64,000 nt of DNA from an uncultured SAR86 cluster bacterium. GTDB taxonomy: Bacteria > Pseudomonadota > Gammaproteobacteria > Magnimaribacterales > AG-339-G14. Each line of letters begins with the position of its first letter. Position 1 is the stretch's first letter. The notes under the pieces are model-generated. The model saw only the letters and a list, made by a program, of their open reading frames with translations, made no database searches and had not been told where the DNA came from. The stretch spans positions 221,649-285,648 of the forward strand of contig CACEVU010000001.1 of the NCBI GenBank assembly GCA_902563105.1. Direction: 5' to 3'. Position numbers and translations under genes: made by a program. Shown here in pieces: positions 1 to 9,902 of the stretch.

Positions 1-808
1 ATATAATATTCATGCTCTCATTAGAAAAGGTTCTGACAAGTCGAGAATAATTGATCTCAAAAATATAAATTACATTAAATATCAAGAATCCTGTCTTAAG
101 AATTTCTTCAAAGAAAATAAAATAGACGTTCTAATTCATACAGCTTGTAATTACGGTCGAGGGAAAGAAAGTAATAAAGAAATTCTAGATACTAATTTAA
201 ATTTAGGATTAGAGTTAATTAAATTATGTGAAAAATTCAGAGTGCCATTATTTATAAATACACACACAACTTTACCAAGAGAATTAAATATCTACTCTTC
301 AAGTAAGCATAAATTTAGAGATAATCTAAAAAAAAGAAAAGGGCCAACAAAAATTTTAAATTTTGTTTTTGATCATATGTATGGCCCTAACGACGATGAA
401 AATAAGTTTGTGTTATTTTTAATAAAAGAAATTTTAGAAAATAAAACCATTCAACTCACAAAATGTGAGCAAAAAAGAGATTTTATTTATATAGATGATT
501 TAGTTGAAGCATATTTTTTAGCAATAGAGAATTTTGACTACAGCTCATCTCAGATATTTTTTGAACATGAGGTTTCATCAGCAGAAGTTATTGTTCTAAA
601 AGACTTTGTGAATGAATTATTTTCTCAGCTTTCAAAATACAATAATTTAAAAAATAATATTAATTTTGGTGCTATCGATTACAGGAAAGGCGAACAGATG
701 AACATATCATTAGATAGCAGAAGTTTAAATTTAATTGGTTGGGAAGCTAAAACTAATCTTTCTTTCGGCATAAAAAAAGTAATTAATTCAGTACTGACAT
801 CCAGATAA
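1..808 (+). CDS. NAD-dependent epimerase/dehydratase family protein (extended SDR), 5' end cut by the window edge
   Basis: Frame 2 is open from position 2 (YNIHALIRKGSDK...IDVLIHTACNYG...) into the tracked ORF, so the GTG at 242 is internal. It has a YSSSK (YxxxK) catalytic motif and an epimerase-like C-terminal region (KRDFIYIDDLVEA). The Rossmann N-terminus would lie upstream of the window. Confidence 0.6.
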   Translation, partial: YNIHALIRKGSDKSRIIDLKNINYIKYQESCLKNFFKENKIDVLIHTACNYGRGKESNKEILDTNLNLGLELIKLCEKFRVPLFINTHTTLPRELNIYSSSKHKFRDNLKKRKGPTKILNFVFDHMYGPNDDENKFVLFLIKEILENKTIQLTKCEQKRDFIYIDDLVEAYFLAIENFDYSSSQIFFEHEVSSAEVIVLKDFVNELFSQLSKYNNLKNNINFGAIDYRKGEQMNISLDSRSLNLIGWEAKTNLSFGIKKVINSVLTSR

Positions 809-958
809 CATAAATGAAGTTTCTGGATTCATGTAACATTCGAGCAGGCCAACATCTACTATTGTGTAGGAAAAAAAAACGTTACTCGAAAGAAGTTTTC
901 TTTTTTAGAACTTTATGATTAATATAAAATTTCTAAAAGGGGAACATTCCCTAATTTT

Positions 959-2104
959 ATGAAAAAGTTTTTGGCGATTTTTGCTATTTTGTTAATTGGT
1001 ATAGCGGCATTGGCTTATCCATACATTAGAGATCTTCGTGCTCAAGGTCTTACGTTTGGAATGGCCTACGATTATTTTTTTAGCGGGCCCGATCAGCCAT
1101 TTGATCCTAATAATACTGCTCCACAACTAGACTATTCAAAAGATGGCTCGTGGGCATCACTTCCATTTATTGTAGACGAAGCAGACTTTGTTCCGCTCGG
1201 AGAAAAAGGTATTGATCAACTTAAATCAGAAGTTGATGTTTTTTTCGTTCATCCGACTGGTTATCTCAAAGGTGAATACTGGACAGACCCTTTAGAAGCG
1301 GAGTCTGCTACCAAAGAGAATACGAGATGGATGATGGCTAATCAAGCAAGCGCATTTAATGGTTGTTGCAGTATATTTGCACCGCGTTACCGTCAAGCCT
1401 CCATTTATAGCTATTTTGGTAGCGAAGAACTTTTAGAAAAAGTTCATGCTTTTGCTTACCAAGATGTGAAAAAAGCATTTCAATATTTCCTTGAAAATTT
1501 TAGCAAAGGTCGACCATTTATTATTGCCAGTCACAGCCAAGGTACACATCATGCTATTCGGCTGCTCAAAGAAGAAATCGATGGTTCTGACAAATATCCT
1601 AGACTGATTGGAGCCTATATTATTGGTGGCATGATTTCTAAGACTCAAACACAAAAATTGGTTGATATTTCAATCTGCAAAGATGCAGTCCAACTAGGAT
1701 GTTTGGTTCATTGGGATACGTTCAATGAAACTTACATAGATGAAAATTTACCTATATATAAAGACAATGTTTGTGTGAATCCTATTTCATGGAAAAAAGA
1801 AGGAGCTTTATCAAATCTGAGTGAAGCTAAAGGAGCTGTAGAAATTTCAGGAACATTTTCTTTAGAATTTTCTGGAGACGATGGCCCGAAAGGCATCAAG
1901 TTTCTTCCTCTAAAAGCTCCAATAAAAAAATATGTTCAAGCTCAATGCAAAAATGGAATACTTTTTGCGTCAGATCAAACCGGTACTGAGTTTCAAGGAT
2001 TTGCCGGTTCTCAAGGAAACTATCACGGATTGGATTTTGCTCTCTTTTATATGGACATTCGAGAAAACGCCAAACTTAAAGTCAAGACTTATTTGAAAAA
2101 GTAA
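959..2104 (+). CDS. DUF3089-like alpha/beta hydrolase with N-terminal membrane anchor
   Basis: 381 aa. It has an N-terminal hydrophobic segment MKKFLAIFAILLIGIAALA. A nucleophile-elbow-like SHSQG occurs in IIASHSQGTHHAIRLL. The family name is from memory and was not searched. Confidence 0.5.
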   Translation: MKKFLAIFAILLIGIAALAYPYIRDLRAQGLTFGMAYDYFFSGPDQPFDPNNTAPQLDYSKDGSWASLPFIVDEADFVPLGEKGIDQLKSEVDVFFVHPTGYLKGEYWTDPLEAESATKENTRWMMANQASAFNGCCSIFAPRYRQASIYSYFGSEELLEKVHAFAYQDVKKAFQYFLENFSKGRPFIIASHSQGTHHAIRLLKEEIDGSDKYPRLIGAYIIGGMISKTQTQKLVDISICKDAVQLGCLVHWDTFNETYIDENLPIYKDNVCVNPISWKKEGALSNLSEAKGAVEISGTFSLEFSGDDGPKGIKFLPLKAPIKKYVQAQCKNGILFASDQTGTEFQGFAGSQGNYHGLDFALFYMDIRENAKLKVKTYLKK

Positions 2105-2159
2105 TTTTTAGCATTGAGCCTAAGATAAGAATCAAATTCAAAGAACAAATAAGTTTTGA

Positions 2160-2894
2160 TTAAACTTCAAAGTCTTTTGAATTTTTCAACATATGCGCTG
2201 GCCCATGTTCATGATTTATAGCTGCATTTTCTCCATAGAGCATTTCTTTTTGAGAAGCATAGTGTTTTCTATCCTTAGCCAATGGAGCCAATTCTTCAGC
2301 TTTTTTAAGTGCGATTTCAGGCAATTCATCAAACGAACCTTTCCCTTGAACTATTCCAGCTTCAAAGGCAGTTAGACCAGTCCATCGCTTAGATAATTGC
2401 ACCGTTTCAAAGAAAGAGTTAGCCGGAATTTTATGACGAAATAAAGCTAATTCGGGTCTAGGTATTTTGAATCCAAGTTGCATTTCATTGGCACATAGGA
2501 ATCCTCTATCTTCTCTCATAAATCTCAAGTCATGTGCAAGAGATAACATAAAGCCAGCTCCAAAAGCATGTCCATTAATTACACAAATACTTGGAATTGG
2601 TAACGTAATAATTCTGCCCATTAAATACATAAATTCTTCTCCAAAAACCTCTCTATCACCGCCCTCTGGATGACTTGAAGGATCTTGCATCCAATCAAGG
2701 TCCAAACCATTTGAAAAAAACTTTGGATCTTGAGAAGAGGTAATCAATGCTCCAGGACCTTTGTCTTTTTCAATTTCGTCTAAGGCTTCAGAAAATTTTC
2801 TCACAAATGAGGTATTCCAACGATTTTCCCCCGCATTCATAGACAAAAAATAAATAGATTCTTTTTTTTCTAGTTCGATCAAAGTAAATTCCAA
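2160..2894 (-). CDS. enoyl-CoA hydratase/isomerase (crotonase) family protein
   Basis: 244 aa. It has the crotonase oxyanion-hole region VINGHAFGAGFMLSLAHDLRFM. Confidence 0.8.
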   Translation of the reverse strand: MEFTLIELEKKESIYFLSMNAGENRWNTSFVRKFSEALDEIEKDKGPGALITSSQDPKFFSNGLDLDWMQDPSSHPEGGDREVFGEEFMYLMGRIITLPIPSICVINGHAFGAGFMLSLAHDLRFMREDRGFLCANEMQLGFKIPRPELALFRHKIPANSFFETVQLSKRWTGLTAFEAGIVQGKGSFDELPEIALKKAEELAPLAKDRKHYASQKEMLYGENAAINHEHGPAHMLKNSKDFEV

Positions 2895-3024
2895 AAAATT
2901 AACTATTCAAATACTATACACAAAAAGTAATCAGCGAAGCTACTTTGATAATTTGAACAAGTCTTTTTCTTGAAATACAGGGCTAATTTGTTTAACTTAA
3001 TCTTTAATACACAGGAGAAAAAGT

Positions 3025-3834
3025 ATGACCGATAACAGTACCTCACCAGAATTCATTTCACTAGAAAAAGCAGCAAACATGAAAGACGGAACTCGAATTA
3101 CTTTCATACCTGGGCTTCAAGCAATTTATGCAGAAGCTCTTAAAAATATTTGCTATGTAAAGCAAATCAAAATTACAAGAGTTCTTCATCCTTTCATGGG
3201 AACCGATAAAGAAACTGGAAGTGATCGTCAAGCCGAGCTTTATGCGCTTACCAGCCAAACAAGTTTGCCAACGATGTTACACAACGAAGAGCGTCCTAGA
3301 AATGTTTGGATAGAACAACTAGCCTTAGCTGAAGGCATCGGCTCTCAAGATTCTTTAAGTTTAATTCCTAAAAATTTTAAAGAAAGGGCAGACATGTTTG
3401 GACTTTGCGCAATTGTTTTAGGTGAGGATGGTCTTGTATGGAATATGAGAATCTTATCGGATAGCCCGCTAGCAAGAAAATATGGTTACAGTGACGAAGC
3501 AAGCACTAAAGCGCCCAACAAAATTGCCGAAATTATAAAGTTACTAGACAAAAAGTTAAAAGCTCAAGAAGAGAGAGGTTCCAAATACCTTATAGGAGAT
3601 TATCTTTCTGCCGTTGATATTTATTGGGCGACAGTAAGCATGACTGTGCTGCCAGCTTCTTTGGAAATAATGCCAAAGACAAAACAAAATGAAGGAATGT
3701 TGCTTGCCTTTGAGGGAATTTCTAAGATCCCTCAAATTGCTGAAGCCACAAGTGAGCTAATTCTTTCTCATAGAGATTATATTTTAAAAACTTATTGTGA
3801 GACTCCTGCAATCCTTGGAGGAAATCCAGTTTAA
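3025..3834 (+). CDS. GST C-terminal-domain-like protein, function unknown
   Basis: 269 aa. The segment KYLIGDYLSAVDIYWATVSM resembles the GST C-domain helix motif. There is no clear N-domain ES motif. AGGAGA (3013-3018) lies 6 nt upstream of the ATG. Confidence 0.35.
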   Translation: MTDNSTSPEFISLEKAANMKDGTRITFIPGLQAIYAEALKNICYVKQIKITRVLHPFMGTDKETGSDRQAELYALTSQTSLPTMLHNEERPRNVWIEQLALAEGIGSQDSLSLIPKNFKERADMFGLCAIVLGEDGLVWNMRILSDSPLARKYGYSDEASTKAPNKIAEIIKLLDKKLKAQEERGSKYLIGDYLSAVDIYWATVSMTVLPASLEIMPKTKQNEGMLLAFEGISKIPQIAEATSELILSHRDYILKTYCETPAILGGNPV

Positions 3835-3843
3835 GGTCTAACA

Positions 3844-4701
3844 ATGTCTATTTGGAACGATCTGTCATGGGTAGAGGGTATCAGAACACCTTTTTTAAAC
3901 TTTTTTTTTGATACTGTCTCTTTAGCTGGCTACGGTACTTTTTTAATTTTATTTTTAGCATTTGGTTATTTCTTTTGGTCGCCACAAAGATTTTCCCGTG
4001 CTGCAATGCTATTGTTTATTTCTGCTTTGATAAATAGTTTTTTAAAGGATTTTTTTCAAGATCCAAGACCAAGTATAGAATTGATGTTGGATCCCAGGAC
4101 AGGCACATCTTATGGTTGGCCAAGTGGACATGCTCAAATAGCTGTAACTCTTTGGGGATTATTGGCTTACGAACTTAAAAATAGGATTATTCATATAGGA
4201 GCAATCACTTTTATATCATTAGTGGCTTTCAGCAGAATGTATTTGGGAGTTCATGATTTTGGAGATGTTTTAGCGGGTTTATTAATTGGAAGTTTTATTC
4301 TTCTACTTTGGCACTATGCAGTTATTTACAAGCTTTATGAAAAATTCAATGAGTTGACTTGGTTATTCGTAATTTTAACTTTTCAGCTTCTGCTCTACCT
4401 AATTTACCCTTCACATGAGGGACACGAGTTAAGTATTTGGTTTTTAGGTGTCATGTCTGGCTGGTATATTGGTTCTTCACAAATTATTTTAGCTAATAAT
4501 CGGGTAATTAAACTCTTCCTATCATTGATTAGCATTGTTGGAGTTTTTTTTGCAATGGTGTTTATAACTCGTTTAGAAAGTTCACTTGAACTTTCAGGGA
4601 TAATATCAATTCTTTACAGTTATTCTTTAGGTTTATTCTTTTCAATTCTTGTAACTTGGGTAATTCCTAGATTTTGGAAAATATTTGATTTTATAAAATA
4701 G
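3844..4701 (+). CDS. PAP2-superfamily phosphatase, polytopic membrane protein
   Basis: 285 aa. The three PAP2 motifs occur in order: KDFFQDPRP, PSGH, SRMYLGVHDFGDVLAG. Several additional hydrophobic helices follow the PAP2 core. Confidence 0.8.
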   Translation: MSIWNDLSWVEGIRTPFLNFFFDTVSLAGYGTFLILFLAFGYFFWSPQRFSRAAMLLFISALINSFLKDFFQDPRPSIELMLDPRTGTSYGWPSGHAQIAVTLWGLLAYELKNRIIHIGAITFISLVAFSRMYLGVHDFGDVLAGLLIGSFILLLWHYAVIYKLYEKFNELTWLFVILTFQLLLYLIYPSHEGHELSIWFLGVMSGWYIGSSQIILANNRVIKLFLSLISIVGVFFAMVFITRLESSLELSGIISILYSYSLGLFFSILVTWVIPRFWKIFDFIK

Positions 4702-4702
4702 A

Positions 4703-5335
4703 TTGATGAGGAAGGAAATTAAACTTTGGGGCTCTGGCACTGCAAGAACTTTAAGGCCAATTTGGATGGCTGAAGAAATGGATATTAATTATGAACTGAT
4801 CCCAATAGGTCCTCGAACGGGAGAAACTCAAACAAATGAATTTACTAAAATAAATCCAAAACAGAAAATTCCTGCAATGCAATGTAAGGAATTAAATCTT
4901 TCTGAGAGTTTAGCAATATGCAGGTTTATGCAAAAAAATTATTCATCTGAAAATATTTACATACCAAGTGATGAAACAGATATACATAAAGAAGATGAGT
5001 GGTGTAATTTTATTTACGGAGAATTAGACGAAACCTCCTTGTATGTCATGAGACGTCATTACGATCTCAAAGATATTTATGGGGAGTCACCGGTTGTTGT
5101 CGATGCATGTAGAAAATATTTTATGCGTCAATTGGATGTGGTGGAAAATCATTTAGAATCGAGGAATACTATTTTAGAATCGGGGTTTGGCTTGGCTGAT
5201 ATTTTTTTAATGACCTGTTTGGATTGGGCAATCTTTTATGAATTTTCTTTACCAAAAAATATCAATCAATATCGAGATAGAATAGCCTTAAGACCTGCTT
5301 ATCAAAAATCAATGAAAATTAATTATTCAACTTAG
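4703..5335 (+). CDS. glutathione S-transferase
   Basis: 210 aa. It has the GST N-domain pattern KIPAMQ...LSESLAICRFM. The start is either TTG 4703 or ATG 4706. Confidence 0.8.
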   Translation: MMRKEIKLWGSGTARTLRPIWMAEEMDINYELIPIGPRTGETQTNEFTKINPKQKIPAMQCKELNLSESLAICRFMQKNYSSENIYIPSDETDIHKEDEWCNFIYGELDETSLYVMRRHYDLKDIYGESPVVVDACRKYFMRQLDVVENHLESRNTILESGFGLADIFLMTCLDWAIFYEFSLPKNINQYRDRIALRPAYQKSMKINYST

Positions 5336-5342
5336 GAGAAAT

Positions 5343-6530
5343 ATGGGACCACTGGAAGGAGTAAAAGTTTTAGATCTTACCAGCATGGTTTCTGGTCCAG
5401 TGGGGGCAATGATTCTTGCAGATCAAGGAGCTGAGGTGATAAAGGTCGAACCTGTAACTGGTGAGTTAGTAAGACACATGGCTGCAGCCCATCAAGGGGT
5501 TAATCCAGTATTTTTTTCATGCAATAGAGGAAAAAAATCCATTGCGTTGGATCTTAAGTCTGAAGAAGGTAAAGAAATTCTTTTTAAACTTGCAGAAGAT
5601 GCTGATGTTTTTATGCAAAATTTCCGTCCAGGCGCAATTGATAGGATGGGATTTGGTGAAAAAGTAATTAGGAAAATAAATAAAAATATTATTTACGTTT
5701 CAATTAGTGGTTTTGGTAATGATGGTCCTTATGCTAAATCAAGAGTTTACGATCCAATTATTCAAGCATTAAGTGGGGCAACCGACATCCAAGCAGATAG
5801 GGAAACCGGTCAACCTAAAATGTTTAGAATTATTATTGCTGACAAGGTTACTTCTTTGACCGCTGCTCAGGCAATTTCATCAGCACTTTTTGCGAGAGAG
5901 AAAAAAGGAATAAGTCAGCACATTGAATTATCTATGTTGGATTCAATGATTTCGTTTTTCTGGCCAGAAGGAATGGCAGGTATTGTCTTTGCAGAAAATG
6001 AGGTGGATGTAAGAAAACTTCAAGGCTCTCAAGATTTAATTTATAAGGCACAGGATAGATATATTACTGCAGGAGCTGTATCAGATGCTGAATGGAAAGG
6101 AATGTGTCGAGCTTTGAATAGGGAAGATCTAATCGAGGATGTCAGATTTGCCACACCGGCAGGAAGAGTCAGCAACGCGCAAGAGAGAAAAGAAATTACT
6201 GGGCAAGAAATTTCAAGGTGGAACAGTGAAGAAATATTAGCTCGTTTTAAGACAGAAGGAGTGCCTAGCGCGCCTTTATTAGACCGTATGGAATTATTGG
6301 ATAACGAACAAATTATAGAAAATGAGTCCATTTTAAGGCTGAACTACGAAGGCTTTGGAGAAGTTCGTCAAGCTAGGCCTGCAGCACGTTTTGAAAAAAC
6401 ACCAAGTGAAATTTCAAGGCCAGCACCAAAGCTTGGAGAACATGGAAGAGAAATTCTTATGAACTTAGGCTACTCAAAAGAAAAAATTTCTTCTCTACTT
6501 TCAGAAAAAAAACTTTTCATAGCAAGTTAA
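5343..6530 (+). CDS. family III CoA-transferase (CaiB/BaiF family)
   Basis: 395 aa. The N-terminus GPLEGVKVLDLTSMVSGPVGAMILADQGAEVIKVEP is typical of the family. RVYDPIIQALSG carries the expected catalytic Asp. AGGAGA lies upstream. Confidence 0.85.
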   Translation: MGPLEGVKVLDLTSMVSGPVGAMILADQGAEVIKVEPVTGELVRHMAAAHQGVNPVFFSCNRGKKSIALDLKSEEGKEILFKLAEDADVFMQNFRPGAIDRMGFGEKVIRKINKNIIYVSISGFGNDGPYAKSRVYDPIIQALSGATDIQADRETGQPKMFRIIIADKVTSLTAAQAISSALFAREKKGISQHIELSMLDSMISFFWPEGMAGIVFAENEVDVRKLQGSQDLIYKAQDRYITAGAVSDAEWKGMCRALNREDLIEDVRFATPAGRVSNAQERKEITGQEISRWNSEEILARFKTEGVPSAPLLDRMELLDNEQIIENESILRLNYEGFGEVRQARPAARFEKTPSEISRPAPKLGEHGREILMNLGYSKEKISSLLSEKKLFIAS

Positions 6531-6541
6531 AGGTCTTTTCT

Positions 6542-7651
6542 ATGGCAAAACTAGATCTTTCAAAGTCAGTAATGCTCTATGGATCAAATATTTCTTACTT
6601 CACTGGAAAGATGGAAAATTATTTTAAAATCAAAGAAATTCCTTATGAGCGTAGAGTTTTAAAATACCCAAAATTCGAAAAAACTATGAAAGGAAAAGTT
6701 GGTATTCACCAAATGCCTGCAGTTGTCTTACCCGATGGAAGATGGATGACCGATACCACTAAAATGATTCAGTGGTTTGAGTTAATTCTCCCTGAAAAGA
6801 GTATTATTCCTAAAAATCCAATTCAAGCATTTTTTGCTTTTCTATTAGAAGATTGGGCCGACGAATGGTGGTGGAGGACTGCAATGCATTATCGTTGGCA
6901 TTACGCTGAGGGAGCTCATTTTGCCTCAAGACATTTAGCGGAGGAATTATTAAGTTCAATTCCTCTACCAATATGGATGAAAAAAATATTTTTGATGAGA
7001 AGGCAACGTAATGGTTATACAACAGGTGATGGCATAACCAGTAAAAATCTAAAAACAGTAGAAGAAGATTTTTTAAATTTGTTAAATAATTTAGAAGAGA
7101 TTTTTAAAAAGAGAAAATTTCTTTTCGGTAATCGTCCTTCAATTGCAGATATTGGTTTTTCTGGTCCTTTTTTTCGACATTTTGCTCTAGATCCAGTACC
7201 ACTTGAAATTATTCGCCAAAAGGCACCAAACGTTCTGGATTGGGTAAGCACTTTATGGAAAGCAAGATTATCTAAATTAACTGATGATTTCGAAGAAGGT
7301 ATTCCAAATGATTTAGAACCATTATTTAAGGAAATTGGGCAAGTTTATTTGCCTTATCTATCCGCAAATGTTCAGGCCGTTAAGCAAAATAATAAAAAGT
7401 TTGACTTTGAATTTAAAAATGTCAGTTTGAGAAAAGCCAGATTCTCTTTTTACAGAGTATGGTGTCTGAAACAGTTAAGAGATCGTTTTGTTAAGTTGCC
7501 TGAAGAAAGTAAAACTCAGGTAGAAAGTCTTCTTAAAAAATTTGATTGCTGGGAACCTCTCTGGAAAGACGAAAACCTTCCTCTGCGTGACAACCAAGAA
7601 GAGGGATTGCCTTTTAGGGCAGACAGAAAAATGCTAGGAGTAAATGAGTAA
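6542..7651 (+). CDS. GST-family protein, long Grx2-like form
   Basis: 369 aa. It has a thioredoxin-like N-region (MLYGSNISYFTGKMENYF...MPAVVLPDGRWMTDTTKMIQWFE). A GST-C-like motif RKFLFGNRPSIADIGF follows. Confidence 0.55.
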   Translation: MAKLDLSKSVMLYGSNISYFTGKMENYFKIKEIPYERRVLKYPKFEKTMKGKVGIHQMPAVVLPDGRWMTDTTKMIQWFELILPEKSIIPKNPIQAFFAFLLEDWADEWWWRTAMHYRWHYAEGAHFASRHLAEELLSSIPLPIWMKKIFLMRRQRNGYTTGDGITSKNLKTVEEDFLNLLNNLEEIFKKRKFLFGNRPSIADIGFSGPFFRHFALDPVPLEIIRQKAPNVLDWVSTLWKARLSKLTDDFEEGIPNDLEPLFKEIGQVYLPYLSANVQAVKQNNKKFDFEFKNVSLRKARFSFYRVWCLKQLRDRFVKLPEESKTQVESLLKKFDCWEPLWKDENLPLRDNQEEGLPFRADRKMLGVNE

Positions 7652-8270
7652 AATGAAACTCTATGATTTTCCAAAAGCTCCAAATCCACGTCGTGTAAAG
7701 ATATTTGCACATGAAAAAAACATTGAGCTTGAATTGGTAAACTGCGACATAGCAAATAGAGAGCACAAAACGCCTGAGTTTATAAAAAAAAATCCCAGCG
7801 GCAAGATTCCAGTACTAGAACTTGATAACGGTGAATGTATCTCAGAATCTGTAGCGATTTGCCGATATTTAGAATATTTAAAGCCTGAGCCAAACTTGTT
7901 TGGTTCAAGTGCTTATGAGATAGCTGTCATTGAAAGTAGAAATAGACATATTGAATTTGAACTTTGGACTCAAATAGGTATTTCTTGGGTCAATGGCTCA
8001 ATAGTTGGCAGTTTAGGGCTTTTTGATCAAATACCAGATGCAAAAGTGGCCAGTGATAAAAATGTAATGTCTTTTTATCAGCGTCTAGATCATGAATTTA
8101 ATTCTAATCATTTTGTTGCCGGAGAGCGTTTTACCATTGCTGATATAACTTTAATTTCCGCAATTGATTTTGCTTCTGAAATGGTCGAATTGAAACCAGA
8201 GGAGGACTTAAAGAACTTACATAGATGGCGAAATGAAGTATCTTCAAGACCAAGTATGAAAATAGAATGA
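7644..8270 (+). CDS. glutathione S-transferase
   Basis: 208 aa. It has KLYDFPKAPNPRRVKIF...KIPVLELDNGECISESVAICRYLE. It overlaps the upstream gene by 8 nt. Confidence 0.85.
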   Translation: MSKMKLYDFPKAPNPRRVKIFAHEKNIELELVNCDIANREHKTPEFIKKNPSGKIPVLELDNGECISESVAICRYLEYLKPEPNLFGSSAYEIAVIESRNRHIEFELWTQIGISWVNGSIVGSLGLFDQIPDAKVASDKNVMSFYQRLDHEFNSNHFVAGERFTIADITLISAIDFASEMVELKPEEDLKNLHRWRNEVSSRPSMKIE

Positions 8271-8305
8271 ACAAGTTAAAATAAACAAAATTAAGGAGTT
8301 ATCAA

Positions 8306-9148
8306 ATGACAGATGAAAAATATACCCCGCCCAAAGTGTGGAAATGGGATCAAGAAAGTGGAGGTAAATTTGCCAATATCAATCGTCCAATCTCGGGAGC
8401 AACTCACGATAAAGAATTGCCAGTTGGAAAACATCCCATGCAACTTTATTCTTTGGGTACGCCCAATGGAGTCAAAGTTACGGTATTGCTTGAAGAGCTT
8501 TTAGCTTTAGGACATGAGGAAGCAGAATATGATGCCTATTTAATTAATATAGGTAATGGAGATCAGTTTAGTAGTGGTTTTGTAGAGATTAATCCTAACT
8601 CTAAAATTCCTGCCCTCTTGGATAGAAGTTCTGATCCTCATACTAGAGTTTTTGAATCTGGTGCTATTTTGGTTTACCTAGCGGAAAAATTTGGAGAATT
8701 CATTCCTACCGATCCGAATGAAAGAGCTGAATGCATGTCTTGGCTTTTTTGGCAAATGGGCAGTGCTCCGTATTTAGGTGGAGGGTTTGGACACTTTTAT
8801 GCCTATGCTCCAGAAAAATTTGAATATCCCATTAATCGTTTTGCTATGGAAGTTAAACGTCAATTGGATGTCTTAGATAAAAACTTAGAAAACAGAAAAT
8901 TTATTTGTGGTGATGAATACAATATTGCTGATATGGCAATTCATCCTTGGTATGGGTATTTGGTTTTAAGAAATGCTTACAGCGCTGCTGAGTTTTTAGA
9001 CGTTAAATCCTATAAAAATGTTATTAGGTGGGCTGAAGAAATCTCTGAGAGGCCCGCTTACAAGAGAGGAGCTAGAGTAGGAAGGCCTCCTAGCGGACCA
9101 GAAGATAATGCAATTCCTGAAAGACACGATGCCAGTGACCTTGACTAG
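8306..9148 (+). CDS. yghU: Nu-class glutathione S-transferase, YghU-like
   Basis: 280 aa. It is collinear with E. coli YghU as I remember it (KVWKWDQESGGKFANINRPISGATHDKELPVGKHPMQLYSLGTPNG ... GDQFSSGFVEINPNSKIPAL ... ERHDASD). AAGGAG lies upstream. Confidence 0.85.
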   Translation: MTDEKYTPPKVWKWDQESGGKFANINRPISGATHDKELPVGKHPMQLYSLGTPNGVKVTVLLEELLALGHEEAEYDAYLINIGNGDQFSSGFVEINPNSKIPALLDRSSDPHTRVFESGAILVYLAEKFGEFIPTDPNERAECMSWLFWQMGSAPYLGGGFGHFYAYAPEKFEYPINRFAMEVKRQLDVLDKNLENRKFICGDEYNIADMAIHPWYGYLVLRNAYSAAEFLDVKSYKNVIRWAEEISERPAYKRGARVGRPPSGPEDNAIPERHDASDLD

Positions 9149-9151
9149 CAT

Positions 9152-9895
9152 ATGAACAGCAAACTTAAGATTTTCGGCGTACCAATGTCTCAAGCAGTAA
9201 GAACTGTCTTATGGATGATGCTCTATAAAAAACTACCTTTTGAATTGATCATTACAGCACCAGGTTCTCCTAAAGAAAATGGCACTCGCCATGCTTCTTA
9301 TATAGAAAAATATCCCAATGGAACGATTCCCGGGTTGGAAGATCCTGAAACAGGATATTTACTGTCAGAATCAATAGCCATTATGTGTTACTTGTGTAAT
9401 AAGCATAAATGGCATGATTTATATCCAGAAAATCCTGAATTAAGAGGAAAGGTAGATCATTACCTGCACTATCATCACCGCAGTATAAAAGAGGCATCGA
9501 CAGGTTATTTTGCACCTATCCTAAGACCAGATTTGGGACTTTCTGAAGACCTAATAAATATGTCTCAGAGAATCTTTAATAACGCCCTTAAGGCATTAGA
9601 AACTCAGTGGCTTAAAAATAATAAGTTTATAGCAGGAGAAAATGTAACTATTGCTGACTTTTCTGCCTATGTTGAAATTGCTCAGCTGAACACTCAGTTT
9701 ACCAATCTGTTCGACTATAGTTCCTTTGAAAATCTTTCTCGCTGGCTAGATGATATGAGTAAGCTTCCTTATCATGATGATGTGCATATGGTTTTAACCA
9801 AAATGGGAGATATCAGTAAAGAAGTACCAGAGATGGAAATTATTATGAAAGCCAATTTAGAGACTTTTAGTCATTTAAATGAAATTGCTTCATGA
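9152..9895 (+). CDS. glutathione S-transferase (theta-like)
   Basis: 247 aa. It has TIPGLEDPETGYLLSESIAIMCYL and the C-domain motif FIAGENVTIADFSAY. Confidence 0.75.
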   Translation: MNSKLKIFGVPMSQAVRTVLWMMLYKKLPFELIITAPGSPKENGTRHASYIEKYPNGTIPGLEDPETGYLLSESIAIMCYLCNKHKWHDLYPENPELRGKVDHYLHYHHRSIKEASTGYFAPILRPDLGLSEDLINMSQRIFNNALKALETQWLKNNKFIAGENVTIADFSAYVEIAQLNTQFTNLFDYSSFENLSRWLDDMSKLPYHDDVHMVLTKMGDISKEVPEMEIIMKANLETFSHLNEIAS

Positions 9896-9902
9896 TTGAT
9901 GA

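Noticed and set aside
808-958. A possible terminator or small RNA in the 150-nt spacer after the truncated epimerase gene (A-run ... GTTTTCTTTTTT).
   Set aside because: The only pairing I could find is a 5-bp all-A/U stem with a 14-nt loop. It is not convincing as a structure, and no conserved motif was recognised.
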